DNA of 62,213 nucleotides, the filler included, from Stramenopiles sp. TOSAG23-6 (Eukaryota): NCBI GenBank assembly GCA_900128565.1. It is 28 parts of 28 records of this genome, joined end to end, with 100 filler letters (N's around TTAATTAATTAA, not from the genome) between each part and the next. Parts side by side here need not be neighbours in the genome. Positions count along the whole stretch, not along the records: positions 11,234 to 13,375 come from LT638274.1; positions 13,476 to 15,614 come from LT638275.1; positions 15,715 to 17,853 come from LT638276.1; positions 17,954 to 20,091 come from LT638277.1; positions 20,192 to 22,318 come from LT638278.1; positions 22,419 to 24,545 come from LT638279.1; 22 more parts are not named here. The stretch is one strand, 5' to 3'. The notes beneath the pieces are model-generated. The model did no database searches and was not told the DNA's origin. It worked only from the letters and a program-made list of their open reading frames with translations. This document shows, piece by piece, positions 11,806 through 24,344 of this stretch (position 1 is its first letter; every line of letters begins with the position of its first letter). A program made the translations under genes and the position numbers.

Positions 11806-11949
11806 AAATTGAAAATTCGTTAGATCAAATAGAAGTTGATACAAAACAAAAACAAATTGAAAATTCGTTAGATAATATAGAAGTTGATACAAAAAAAAAA
11901 CAAATTGAAAATTCGTTAGATCAAATAGAAGTCGATACAAAACAAAAAC
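11806..11949 (+). repeat. 3 x 48-nt coding tandem repeat (QIENSLDQIEVDTKQK)
   Basis: Three near-identical units aaattgaaaattcgttagat(c/a)a(a/t)atagaag... Confidence 0.85.
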
Positions 11950-12823
11950 AAATAAAAAAAATAAAAAAAATAAAAAAAATAAAAAATCAAGGAAATTGTG
12001 ACAAACAATTAAATTCAGTACAAAATATATTTGCCAATATCGAAAAAAATGTTCCAAAAACACATAAAACATATCTACAATATTTAGGATTTCCTCATGT
12101 ACACAATGAAAATATTGACTGTTATTCTACCTGGGCTTCAGGCAATACTCCTATACATGATGTAATCATCACAAATCCACCATTTTCTGGTAATCATAAA
12201 GAAAAATGTCTTCATTTTTTAATGGAAAACAAAAAACCTTGGCTATGTGTACTACCTAATTATTGTATTACAAAACAATATTTTATCAAGGCAATGAATG
12301 AATTTCAATGTTTTCCAATATTTGGCGTTCCAAGTGAAAAATATGAGTTTGAACATCCTGAAGGAACTGGTCACATCACATCTCCATTTACTTCTATTTG
12401 GGTCATGTATGTNNNNNNNNNNNNNNNNNNNNNNNNNNNNNNNNNNNNNNNNNNNNNNNNNNNNNNNNNNNNNNNNNNNNNNNNNNNNNNNNNNNNNCTG
12501 TCGAATAAAATTAATAATTTACAAATATATCAAACAGTAAATGATGTTGTAAAGGATAATAAAACTTTACTTTCAAAACGAGAAAATCCAAAACGAAGAA
12601 GAAAGAAACGAAAATTATTAGTTCAAAAAAATCAGACAAATGTAAAAGTAAATGAAAACAAACAAAATCAGACAAATTTAAAAGTAAATGAAGAAAAACT
12701 AATTAAAAAGAAGAAGAAGAAACGAAAGAAGAAGAAGAAAGAAGAAGAAACGAAAGAAGAAGAAGAATTGGACGCAACACTGTGGCATATAGTTGCCCAA
12801 TTGNNNNNNNNNNNNNNNNNNTA
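11950..12823 (+). CDS. NPPF-motif methyltransferase-like protein (partial)
   Basis: HNENIDCYSTW...HDVIITNPPFSGNHKEKCL...KPWLCVLPNY. Confidence 0.55.
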
Positions 12824-14100
12824 ATATTGTTTATTCAATAAAAATGTAATTTTTAGTTTGTAAAATTCAAGGTGAAGATGTGATGGTAATATTAAACAAT
12901 TGGTGAAGATGGAAAGAAAAAATTAGGAATACATAAGATGGAAATAGATAAATTTATTTTTAAAAGTGCACTTAAACTCAATTTGCATGATATAAATAAA
13001 TTAAAATGATTCCATTACCCCAAACCTAACCTACAATTCCCCCCTTAACTGTTTAATTGTTTGTGATGTTTGATCTTTCTTTGGTATATATATATGAAAA
13101 CATTGTTCCATTTTTCTCATGGTATTAAGATAATTCATTGTAATATTCTTTGTTAACCCTTTTCCTAAAAGATCAGCCCAAACAATATGTGTTTGTTCTT
13201 GTAATTTTTCAAACAGTGAGTTTTTGGTCAATGGATTATAAAGTAGTTGTTTTTGGATTTCTTCTGTTACTTTGAGATTGATCTTGTTGTAAAGTTGGTT
13301 CGCTCTCAATTGACGAGTGTCAGGACCAGCCAATAAGGCATGGTACCTTTTATTTGTTTCTTTATTCATCTTTTTNNNNNNNNNNNNNNNNNNNNNNNNN
13401 NNNNNNNNNNNNNNNNNNNTTAATTAATTAANNNNNNNNNNNNNNNNNNNNNNNNNNNNNNNNNNNNNNNNNNNNTACGAAATTTTGTACCTAACGAAAA
13501 AACATTTGAAATATTTTTCCAAAATACATGGTCTATTCACTCAACCTCATCTCGTTCCATTCGCCACTCGAAAGAGGCTACAACTCATTACTCAAAAATA
13601 TTGGGATAAAAAGTATTTTTCTGGTGAAATTGTTTAGAACAATACACATGCTTTTAAAATTGTCTGTTTACTTGCTACAATATTTTATCCATATCTTGAT
13701 GAGATGACTTTAAAAGCGTGTAATACACGAAATACACTGAAATAAAATATATAAAAAAAAAGATTTTACAGTTAGAAAAATGTGAGAATACGGAAAAGGA
13801 ATCGAATAAAAATTAGATTAATACTTGAAAAATTGAATGCTTTGTTTGTTAGGTACAAATTTTCCTATGAAAACAAAATCGAATAAAAATAAGAATAATA
13901 CACCCAAATAGTTGATAGATTTTTTTTAGTGAAATATTATTTTTATTAACACTACATTTTTCACTTGTTGGTTTTCTACTTTTTGGAAATAATTGGTCTT
14001 TTCAGAATATCAATTTGACACTAATTAAGAAATTTACTTAGTTTTCCATGATTGAAGAATAAGAAGTTTAATTAGTTTTCCATGATTGAAGAAAATTTAA

Positions 14101-14817
14101 TTAGTTTTCCATAATCACAATAGGTCTGTTACAACTGAGTAACTTAATATCTTTTTCCAACTGATCCAATAAGTTCTCAAAGTTTTCTTTCTTCCGAATT
14201 TTGCTGATGGTATCCAGTTTAGTGTTGTGAGTAATTCGTTGATATTTCTGATTCGTGTCATCCCATTTAACTTTCAACTGAGCACACAAGTTAGCTCGTT
14301 CAGTAGGATCCAGTAGAGTACCTCCTTGGTTATTCTGCTGCTCTTCTTGTTTTGAAAAATATTGCTCAATCACTTTCTTTTCGTCAGCAATGTCTGCTTT
14401 AACATGTTGTAAATATTCTGGTGTTTTACCGTAATCTTTCTTCTTCAAAAAGTTGGGTTTTGTTTCTCTAGCTTTTGGAACAGCTAGAATGTTTTCAACT
14501 GCATTAGATACTACAAAATCTTTAGTGGTTTGAAGGCCCATGACAGGTCTGTCTTTTCTCCCAGGTAATTTTTGTTTTGCTGTAACTACACGCTTTCGTG
14601 TCCATGGTTTTGCTTTTGACGGCTTTGATTGTCGGGTGCCTCTCAAATATTGTTTAGGATTTGGTTTGTTGTTTGGTTTACCAAATGTTCCGTGATTTCC
14701 ACTTTGTTTCCCGAATGAACTTGCAACCTTTCTGCTTCTGTCGTGTGTTGACCGATACATAGGTGGTTTAACCTCTTGAACTTCATCTTCCTGAATCCAG
14801 TTATAAATGCTTTCCAT
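14101..14817 (-). CDS. ENKUR: Enkurin (axonemal protein)
   Basis: MESIYNWI, KPPMYRS, KDFVVSNAVENIL, FLKKKDYGKTPEYL, LKVKWD...RKKENFENLLDQLEKDI. Confidence 0.9.
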   Translation of the reverse strand: MESIYNWIQEDEVQEVKPPMYRSTHDRSRKVASSFGKQSGNHGTFGKPNNKPNPKQYLRGTRQSKPSKAKPWTRKRVVTAKQKLPGRKDRPVMGLQTTKDFVVSNAVENILAVPKARETKPNFLKKKDYGKTPEYLQHVKADIADEKKVIEQYFSKQEEQQNNQGGTLLDPTERANLCAQLKVKWDDTNQKYQRITHNTKLDTISKIRKKENFENLLDQLEKDIKLLSCNRPIVIMEN

Positions 14818-15024
14818 TCTTTCAATTTGGTTTGTGTCTGTTGCACCTACCTGATCTAATTAGTTTGGAATAGACTACCGGGAAGATTTTCTTGCGATTG
14901 ATTGTGTAACGTCTTTTAGCAAACGACACGAAATCTCGAAAAATCTGAAAAATATTTGAAATTCAATTCGAACCACTTGTTGTTCAACACTTCGTAGACT
15001 TGTAAGTAACGGGAAGTATTGAAA

Positions 15025-15555
15025 ATGTTGTCGGATTCGCCAAAAAATGGGGGTGATTCTGAAGTGCATGCTGGGCGAGCTAAATGGAATAAATTGATGG
15101 ACCCAACGAGTAAGAGGCATTACTATGTGAATGAACTAACAAAATGCACTACTTGGACAGCACCAGATGCACGACAGACAGAAAAATATGCTGAATACTT
15201 TGACCAGAAAGGTCGAGCGTTTTACTTGAATAAGATAACACGGGCTGCAACTTGGCATAAACCACCAATGTTTGATACAGAGGCTTCAACTCGAGGTGAA
15301 AAAGCTGTGACTTTGTTAAATTTACAACAAGATGCTCAACTTGCTTCAACTAAGTCTAGTAATACTACTGAAACTTTGAATGAGTTGAGTGAAAATGATT
15401 TATGGCAAGCTTACACTGACGAGCATACAAAAAGAATATATTACATCAATAAGTTAACAGGTTGCTCAACATTTACTAAACCCGTAGTTGAAGATGAAGA
15501 AGAAATATGGGAAGTGGACGTCGAGGATCTTGACACACTTGTTCAGAGTGACAAT
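15025..15555 (+). CDS. Multi-WW-domain protein, first exon
   Basis: Three WW repeats (W..D..SKRHYYVN..T..TTW..P); ends at AT|GTATGT. Confidence 0.88.
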
Positions 15556-15714
15556 GTATGTTTTATTTTTTTTCAAATTCGAATTTTTTTTTCGTACGAA
15601 ATTTTGTACCTAACNNNNNNNNNNNNNNNNNNNNNNNNNNNNNNNNNNNNNNNNNNNNTTAATTAATTAANNNNNNNNNNNNNNNNNNNNNNNNNNNNNN
15701 NNNNNNNNNNNNNN

Positions 15715-17853
15715 TACGAAATTTTGTACCTAACGAAAAAACATTTGAAATATTTTTCCAAAATACATGGTCTATTCACTCAACCTCATCTCGTTCCATT
15801 CGCCACTCGAAAGAGGCTACAACTCATTACTCAAAAATATTGGGATAAAAAGTATTTTTCTGGTGAAATTGTTTAGAACAATACACATGCTTTTAAAATT
15901 GTCTGTTTACTTGCTACAATATTTTATCCATATCTTGATGAGATGACTTTAAAAGCGTGTAATACACGAAATACACTGAAATAAAATATATAAAAAAAAA
16001 GATTTTACAGTTAGAAAAATGTGAGAATACGGAAAAGGAATCGAATAAAAATTAGATTAATACTTGAAAAATTGAATGCTTTGTTTGTTAGGTACAAATT
16101 TTCCTATGAAAACAAAATCGAATAAAAATAAGAATAATACACCCAAATAGTTGATAGATTTTTTTTAGTGAAATATTATTTTTATTAACACTACATTTTT
16201 CACTTGTTGGTTTTCTACTTTTTGGAAATAATTGGTCTTTTCAGAATATCAATTTGACACTAATTAAGAAATTTACTTAGTTTTCCATGATTGAAGAATA
16301 AGAAGTTTAATTAGTTTTCCATGATTGAAGAAAATTTAATTAGTTTTCCATAATCACAATAGGTCTGTTACAACTGAGTAACTTAATATCTTTTTCCAAC
16401 TGATCCAATAAGTTCTCAAAGTTTTCTTTCTTCCGAATTTTGCTGATGGTATCCAGTTTAGTGTTGTGAGTAATTCGTTGATATTTCTGATTCGTGTCAT
16501 CCCATTTAACTTTCAACTGAGCACACAAGTTAGCTCGTTCAGTAGGATCCAGTAGAGTACCTCCTTGGTTATTCTGCTGCTCTTCTTGTTTTGAAAAATA
16601 TTGCTCAATCACTTTCTTTTCGTCAGCAATGTCTGCTTTAACATGTTGTAAATATTCTGGTGTTTTACCGTAATCTTTCTTCTTCAAAAAGTTGGGTTTT
16701 GTTTCTCTAGCTTTTGGAACAGCTAGAATGTTTTCAACTGCATTAGATACTACAAAATCTTTAGTGGTTTGAAGGCCCATGACAGGTCTGTCTTTTCTCC
16801 CAGGTAATTTTTGTTTTGCTGTAACTACACGCTTTCGTGTCCATGGTTTTGCTTTTGACGGCTTTGATTGTCGGGTGCCTCTCAAATATTGTTTAGGATT
16901 TGGTTTGTTGTTTGGTTTACCAAATGTTCCGTGATTTCCACTTTGTTTCCCGAATGAACTTGCAACCTTTCTGCTTCTGTCGTGTGTTGACCGATACATA
17001 GGTGGTTTAACCTCTTGAACTTCATCTTCCTGAATCCAGTTATAAATGCTTTCCATTCTTTCAATTTGGTTTGTGTCTGTTGCACCTACCTGATCTAATT
17101 AGTTTGGAATAGACTACCGGGAAGATTTTCTTGCGATTGATTGTGTAACGTCTTTTAGCAAACGACACGAAATCTCGAAAAATCTGAAAAATATTTGAAA
17201 TTCAATTCGAACCACTTGTTGTTCAACACTTCGTAGACTTGTAAGTAACGGGAAGTATTGAAAATGTTGTCGGATTCGCCAAAAAATGGGGGTGATTCTG
17301 AAGTGCATGCTGGGCGAGCTAAATGGAATAAATTGATGGACCCAACGAGTAAGAGGCATTACTATGTGAATGAACTAACAAAATGCACTACTTGGACAGC
17401 ACCAGATGCACGACAGACAGAAAAATATGCTGAATACTTTGACCAGAAAGGTCGAGCGTTTTACTTGAATAAGATAACACGGGCTGCAACTTGGCATAAA
17501 CCACCAATGTTTGATACAGAGGCTTCAACTCGAGGTGAAAAAGCTGTGACTTTGTTAAATTTACAACAAGATGCTCAACTTGCTTCAACTAAGTCTAGTA
17601 ATACTACTGAAACTTTGAATGAGTTGAGTGAAAATGATTTATGGCAAGCTTACACTGACGAGCATACAAAAAGAATATATTACATCAATAAGTTAACAGG
17701 TTGCTCAACATTTACTAAACCCGTAGTTGAAGATGAAGAAGAAATATGGGAAGTGGACGTCGAGGATCTTGACACACTTGTTCAGAGTGACAATGTATGT
17801 TTTATTTTTTTTCAAATTCGAATTTTTTTTTCGTACGAAATTTTGTACCTAAC
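15715..17853 (+). repeat. Redundant copy of scaffold 13476-15614 (enkurin 16340-17056 minus; WW protein 17264-17794 plus)
   Basis: Identical ORF translations at offset 2239. Confidence 0.95.
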
Positions 17854-17953
17854 NNNNNNNNNNNNNNNNNNNNNNNNNNNNNNNNNNNNNNNNNNNNTTA
17901 ATTAATTAANNNNNNNNNNNNNNNNNNNNNNNNNNNNNNNNNNNNNNNNNNNN

Positions 17954-19357
17954 AGCATTTTGAAACGCGACTCTAAGTTCAGGTGATGGCCACGACCCAC
18001 ATTCGACGAAAGATCGATCCCACACGCCGTCTTTTAATAGCTGGTGGTTCACCGTTCGTGAAGCTAAAATACTTGCCATTGAAAGGTTCAACGTGTAAAT
18101 ACGCCCCACGCCAATGTGTTGATGGCCAGCGAGAGCAAACTCTGAATTTCCATAAATACGATCAGTCATTGCACCCCCTGCCAAAGCTGATGGAACAACA
18201 TCCTGCCCACCGACAAGAGCTATATGTTCGGGCACATTATTTTCCATCTTTTCGTAGATCTTCATGAGTTGGCTACCAATTAAGCTGGAAATTTGTTCAA
18301 CGTTGTTTTCCGTTGGGATTTCTTGGATTTCCACACCTTGCAACGGGACAACAATCCCATTTCTTCGTGCGGCATACATGGGTGCTGTGAATGAGAGTTT
18401 AGGCGTTAGACTACCTTCACGATCTACAGGATTTGTGACCGCAAGGTAGTCTACTGGAAAATTGTTCTCCAGCAGCCAACCAAGCGCATCTAATGTCCCA
18501 AGCAGGTGAACGCCCAGATTTGGATCCACATTTCCAACGACGAGCAGTGGTTGGGAGACAGTGATAATTTCAAGGCAGCGGTGCAATGAATGTACAAAGA
18601 GCAGGGGAGCGTCCACTCTTGCAGCAACACTTGCTGCAAGTAACGCTGCCCCGTAGTCGTCCTCCGACGCGACAACAGCGTGCTTTGTTTCTCCGCCCCA
18701 GAGTGCAGCGAGTGCAATAGTCGTAGATTCCAAGTCAGGACAATCGTAATAAATGACATCGGTATCAGCGGCGGCCACAACGTCAAAGAGATTGTTGCCG
18801 CTTCGAAAGACATGAACAAAAGAAGGCTTCAATCGATTAAAGAAGTCTTGCATGTTGTCGAATTGCGGCGCATTCAAGTCGTAACCTTCAGGAGTCATAA
18901 CTTCTTCGCTTCCTTCGCTCACAGCTAAGACGGTTGGTCGTTTCCCAATGCTCCCACTGTTCAGGTGGCTACTGGTCACGGTAGCAGCAAGGAACGCGAA
19001 ATCCCTCCAGTCCGGAGTCGTGCGAGGAATGGTAAAAATGAAAGCATGGGTCGTGTGAGCATTGGTATTGGTACCGGAGACCGTCAGTGTTGCATGTTCT
19101 CGAGGCTTTTTTAGCGACCAATGGGAGGAACCGCAAGTCATTCCACCGTCAGCTTGAGTAATAAAAAGCTGCCCTGGTAATGAACTTGTAATTTTTTCAC
19201 CATCATATTCCATATTTTCCCATCTGTTGCCAGCAGTATCAGCCCAGATGTAATTTTCACCATTTTTCGTAAATGATCCAGTGTATGAGGTACCATCAAG
19301 TATCCATTTTGAATCGTTGGACAACTCATTCCATTTGAAGGTCTTTTTCTCTGCCAT
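17954..19357 (-). CDS. Prokaryote-like protein with a CWB2-like repeat and a peptidase C25 (gingipain)-like region, 3' truncated
   Basis: VVASEDDYGAALLAASVAARVDAPLLFV is cell-wall-binding-2-like; HIALVGGQDVVP...TDRIYG...IGVGRI is C25-like; intronless and GC-richer than most of the window. Confidence 0.6.
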
Positions 19358-21075
19358 GAGTATGTTGAGTTGGTATTTTAACTTGAGATACGTTTGATAT
19401 AACTCTAAACACGCAAAATCTATGCAACCATGCGTTTCAAAAATTTGCAAGTTACACAACAAACTCTACGGTGACCATGCACAAAATTTATAGTTTTCTT
19501 AATAAATAAAAAAATATCTACTACTATAAATTTAAATTTTCTACACCACATCATCATTATTATTATATTATTAGGGAAAATTATTATGAAATTTTTTTTA
19601 ATATAATATTAATAATTGTAATAATAGTAGTAGTAGAGAGTAGTAGTAAATTTTAATTATTTATTATTATTTATCATCAATTAATTGTTATTATTATTAT
19701 TATATCTTAATATTGTACAAAAAAGATATTTTATTTCTAGTACTTAGTATTTCCATCCTATGGGCCATTTATTAGTTACTACAGTGGTATCACATACTAC
19801 TATTAATAATGTGCTAACATCACACACCATACAATAATAAACATCATCAATCAAAAAACAAACCACACTTCGACACTTACTGGTGAGTGGCCGCATATGC
19901 AGGTGGTCGCATTTCGGGAAGTGTAAAGAGAAGTTTTTCTATATAACAAATAAAATATAACATCAAATTATTAATCAAGTAAACCTTAAGATCAATACAG
20001 ATCACAAAAAAGTATTTATATTACTAAAAGTGCGCATTTGTTTTCTATACTGTGTTGCTGTTCAATGGAAAAAGATTATTTTTTCCGGCCCNNNNNNNNN
20101 NNNNNNNNNNNNNNNNNNNNNNNNNNNNNNNNNNNTTAATTAATTAANNNNNNNNNNNNNNNNNNNNNNNNNNNNNNNNNNNNNNNNNNNNTGTACCGCG
20201 CGACGCTCCTGTGCTTTGAGAAGACCCTCAATTCGTTTCCTGCTGTTCTGGTCGCTCTGAAATCGTAAATCTGCCAAAGTGTCTGTACCCAGTGCTTCAT
20301 CAAACTCGAGAACAGTGTGGTTTATACGGGTTTGTATTGCAACAAGTTGATCCGTTGGGTTTCCATGCTCCTGAATGTATCGAAGTTTCTCTTCAAATGG
20401 GTCTATTTCATCAGATGAATAGCCACTCAATGAGTAGTCATCATCGTCCTCCTCGTAATTATTAGACGACATGCCGGCGAGGCAAAGCTAGCAAACAACA
20501 AACCGATCAGGCAAACCGATTAACATTACACAGAAGAACCCACACATTCCATAAAAACGCAAACATGTAATCAATTGAACGAACGGGGGATATGCAACTA
20601 CTGCACAGTATAATTATAACCGACATGTATATTTCAAAGATAGAATAAGAAGAAAGGAAAATATGCCATTAATATAATATTTTTATTATTATTTGATGTA
20701 TTAATAATACTACACAGCATCAGTACGTAGTACAAAAAAACAAATAAATAAAATGGAGGAAAAAATAACAACGTTAAAACGCCTGCCTCTTCTTTTTATT
20801 ATTTGTTGGTTCATTGTAGTGTTATAGATAGGGTAAATAAATTTGGTGAAAAAACGACTTCAACAAAAAAAAGCTGAAACCACCTGCATGCGCTGCCTCT
20901 GATGATTCAGCAGCAGCAGCAAGCAGGAGATGAATTTTCTTTCTGCTCAAGTGAGTATATAGACACTAATTGATATAGCCATGCAAACATGATCAAGCAG
21001 TAATTTCCGACAAAGGTGAATGGTTGTGAAGATAACGCGTGCTGGCATGAAAAATAAGCGGTTCGCAACTTTAGA

Positions 21076-21804
21076 ATGGCGTATAGTGACCGGCACCTCG
21101 AGTGCGTTGAATGCAATTTAAAATTTAGCAGCAGGGGGCATTTGTTGGCACATATAGAACATTTTTGTATAGATAGTGACTGGTCCGATCCTGTGATGAA
21201 GAAAGATTCATTGCGTAAGCAGTACTTGGCAGAAGTAAGACGTGATAGTATTTCCCAAAAGACAGTTGGTTGGGAGGAGGTTCATATGTATTTAAGAAGG
21301 GAAAATTATGGGAGGTACATTTCTGATGAACGCAAGCGCCAACGCGAACAGAGGAGTATTGTTGGTCACTGTACACTGCAGACGTTGCGCGATCACTTTC
21401 GAGAGGATACCGACGAATTTGGGTTTTTGAGGGACCACATTGGGGATGAAAAAAACGAAGCGCTTATAGAACATTTGGAGATATTGAAGCACAAACGGGA
21501 GTTGGTGCGAAATTTAAAAGACAAAGAAGAACGCCGTGTACTTCATTCTAACAACCATTACTTCCACCACAAACACCACTCTCCCAAAAAGTACAATTAC
21601 GACGACCGTGTATGGAGAATGGGAGGGGGGAAATATTATTCCGTGGGGCATTTTGGCTTAGCTAGTGGCATAGAACAGCACAAGGAGAAGCATCAAACAA
21701 AGAAAATTGCATATTTGCAAAAATTAAATGAAGAAGAGAAGGAGAAAACAGCCAAATTAAAAGCATCTACGAGACGGAAGTCACCGAGGAGAAAGAAAAA
21801 TTAA
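21076..21804 (+). CDS. Hypothetical protein with an N-terminal C2H2 zinc finger
   Basis: LECVECNLKFSSRGHLLAHIEHFC. Confidence 0.6.
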   Translation: MAYSDRHLECVECNLKFSSRGHLLAHIEHFCIDSDWSDPVMKKDSLRKQYLAEVRRDSISQKTVGWEEVHMYLRRENYGRYISDERKRQREQRSIVGHCTLQTLRDHFREDTDEFGFLRDHIGDEKNEALIEHLEILKHKRELVRNLKDKEERRVLHSNNHYFHHKHHSPKKYNYDDRVWRMGGGKYYSVGHFGLASGIEQHKEKHQTKKIAYLQKLNEEEKEKTAKLKASTRRKSPRRKKN

Positions 21805-21892
21805 CCGTGTACTAATTAGAAAAGAACTGAAAAAAAAAAATTATTTCCCTCCACTTACACATTTTATACTCTTTCGCATGAGTTTATTCGCT

Positions 21893-22318
21893 TCAACCTA
21901 GTTGCAACGTGCTCCCGCCTCGCCCTGGAATCGGGCGCTTCCCAGGACCCAATTCTGCATCTAGGGCAGCCTGTCCCTCTTTCCCCATTAGTACATTGAA
22001 ATGATCAATAACTACTCGCGACTGCGACAACTTCTTCTCAATGTCGGTTTTTGGCTTTGGTGGCTCACCAAACTTGGCTGCCAAACCATGTGGCGTATTC
22101 TCTATCTTTCCAGTTTGCCATAATTCCACGTCCAAAGTTTCTCTTCCCCCTTCTTTGTCTTGTTTAATCAACCACCCTCCTTTGATTTGCCCCAATTCTT
22201 CTTTTCTTTTGTCCAAGAGTCTCTTGATGGGGTCTTCAAACTTCTTTGTTTTGAACTTAATGGTTTGTCGACTGATGACGAATGGATCGTACTCGCTTTC
22301 TACATATATATCGCGGAA
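21893..22318 (-). CDS. Hypothetical protein, C-terminal part
   Basis: Open frame with coding-like composition running from the gap to a stop. Confidence 0.45.
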   Translation of the reverse strand, partial: FRDIYVESEYDPFVISRQTIKFKTKKFEDPIKRLLDKRKEELGQIKGGWLIKQDKEGGRETLDVELWQTGKIENTPHGLAAKFGEPPKPKTDIEKKLSQSRVVIDHFNVLMGKEGQAALDAELGPGKRPIPGRGGSTLQLG

Positions 22319-22526
22319 NNNNNNNNNNNNNNNNNNNNNNNNNNNNNNNNNNNNNNNNNNNNTTAATTAATTAANNNNNNNNNNNNNNNNNNNNNNNNNN
22401 NNNNNNNNNNNNNNNNNNAAAAAAATTTAAATTTTTTTTTAGGGTTTTTTTTTTTTTTTTGGTGAAAAAAAAAAATTGTACCTAACAAAATGTACCAAAA
22501 AAAAAAAATATTTTTTCACAACACAG

Positions 22527-23370
22527 GCAAGTTCTAGAAAATATGCCGTCAGATGTGACACGTGTCTTTATTTTCCCGCAAATGTTTGCTTTGCATTCTC
22601 TGCCAGTAGACTCTGGTTTACCCTCTCAAGATGATTCAGGAAAAGGCCCAGAAAAAATAAAAATGCCACCCATCATGAATTTATCAATTTCAAAGATGTC
22701 GTCTGATGTGCGTTTATTTGTAACAAATTCTTTTTATTTTTTTTTTTTTTTTTTTTTTTAAAAAATTTCATACCTAACAAAAAAAAACATTTCAATTTTT
22801 TTTTGTATTTTTTTACAATTCATGGATGTTATCTTGTAGAAGATGGTGTAACGATGTTTATATGGATTGGTCGTGCTTCACCACCTAAATTGGCACATGA
22901 TTTGTTTGGTGTTGAAACGTTGGAGGGCATTGATTGTTCGATGTTACAACTACAAAAAAGAGAAAATGAATTCTCACAAAAAGTATCAAATATCATATCC
23001 GCTCTTCGATCAAATCGTAGCATTCACCAGAGAGTCCAAGTAGTAAGACAAGGCGAACCTAACGAACAAATGTTTGCATGTACGTTTCTGTTATGAAATA
23101 TATAGATTTTTTTTTTTTTTTTTTTTCTAGTACATATAATTTTTTTTTTTTTTTTTTGAATTCAATTTTTTATAAAAAATTCTAAATTATTTAAAAAAAA
23201 AAAAAAAAAAACTAAAAAACTAAAAAACTAAAAAATGTTTCAAAATAATATTTTCAAAACGTACATGGCGTTTGGTAGAAGACCGTGCGGATTATCCTGG
23301 AGGTGGTCGATCGTATCAGGAATATGCAGCCTATGTGCAACGCACTACACAGTTACAAATACCTCATTAG
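22527..23370 (+). CDS. SEC24: COPII Sec24, C-terminal exons 22527-22707, 22824-23079, 23267-23370
   Basis: FPQMFALH...MSSD|GCYLVEDG..MFIWIG...LFGV...FA|WRLVEDR...SYQEY. Confidence 0.9.
22708..22823 (+). mobile_element. Non-canonical intron (GT...AT)
   Basis: TCT GAT|GTGCGT...TACCTAAC...ACAATTCAT|GGA TGT TAT. Confidence 0.88.
23080..23266 (+). mobile_element. Non-canonical intron (GT...AT)
   Basis: GCA T|GTACGT...AAAACGTACAT|GG CGT TTG GTA GAA GAC; restores the frame into LVEDR. Confidence 0.88.
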
Positions 23371-23726
23371 TGTGTTAGGGTTAGGGTTAAGTATAGTTAT
23401 TATGTACGAATTCACTCAAGGACGTATAACAAACACACAAAATCGCAAAATCGAATATACTATACATTGGCTCTATGATACCGATTTGATAGAACTGTCA
23501 ATACTATGTTTAAGGCGTTGTTGACCAACACTAAAAAACCTAAAAATCATTTTTTTTCAAATTTTCCGGTTGATTTCAGTAAAAGTAAAAAAAAGGGAAG
23601 AAAAATTAAAAAAAACGTTTAATTTTGAATTTAATGTTGCAATAAACAAAATTGTTACCTGTATTTTTCTAAATAGAATCTTTTATATCATTTACAATAA
23701 ATAAAAGATTATGAAAGCTTTGTCCT

Positions 23727-24200
23727 TCATTTCTCAAAAGAATTTGAGTTAGGGTTACTACTAGAGGATGAAATTGTGGACANTCGTTCCATCATTTCAA
23801 CACTTTCNTCATAGGAGTTACCCGGTACACCAAAGTCAGCTTTGACATCATACATGGTTAAACGTCCAATAGAGTCACCTACAGCAATTTTCCGTCCTGT
23901 GCTGTCCCATATACTATAAAAAATATCAAAAAAAAAAAAATTTCNTTAGNTTGAAAAAAAATTGACGATTTTTTTAAAAATATTTGTTAGGTACAAAATT
24001 ATCTACGAAAAAAAAACTTCACAAATAATAAAAACATACAACACAAACGATTTACNGCATGTTTTGACGAATCATTTGTTGAATATTTTTTATTTGGACT
24101 TTTTTGTTTTTCAGTTACATTTTTTACGTTTCTTGTTTTTGTACCTAACGATTGTGTAGATGTTTGTGTTGAATGATTGATTGTATACACAGGACAACTC
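23727..24200 (-). CDS. Cytoplasmic dynein intermediate chain (WD40), last exons
   Basis: Spliced AVNRLC|WDSTGRKIAVGDSIGRLTMYDV matches the dynein IC C-terminus ALNRVRWxxSGREIAVGDSEG. Confidence 0.85.
23909..24039 (-). mobile_element. Non-canonical intron (GT...AT)
   Basis: TGT T|GTATGT...TACCTAAC...ATAGTATAT|GG GAC; restores the conserved Trp; a 2-nt-shifted junction gives TGA. Confidence 0.9.
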
Positions 24201-24344
24201 ATATATTTTGTGGAACAATATTTCAAAAAAATTTTAAAATTAAAATTAATTTTTTTTTTCTTAGGTATAAAATTAACTACAAAATTAAAAAAAAAAAAAA
24301 AAAAAAAAAAATGAAACATCGAATGCAAAAAAAAAAAAACGTAC

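Noticed and set aside
13476-17853. Tandem duplication of enkurin/WW and of TauD-AKR/5S
   Set aside because: Whole scaffolds are repeated across linkers; redundant assembly.
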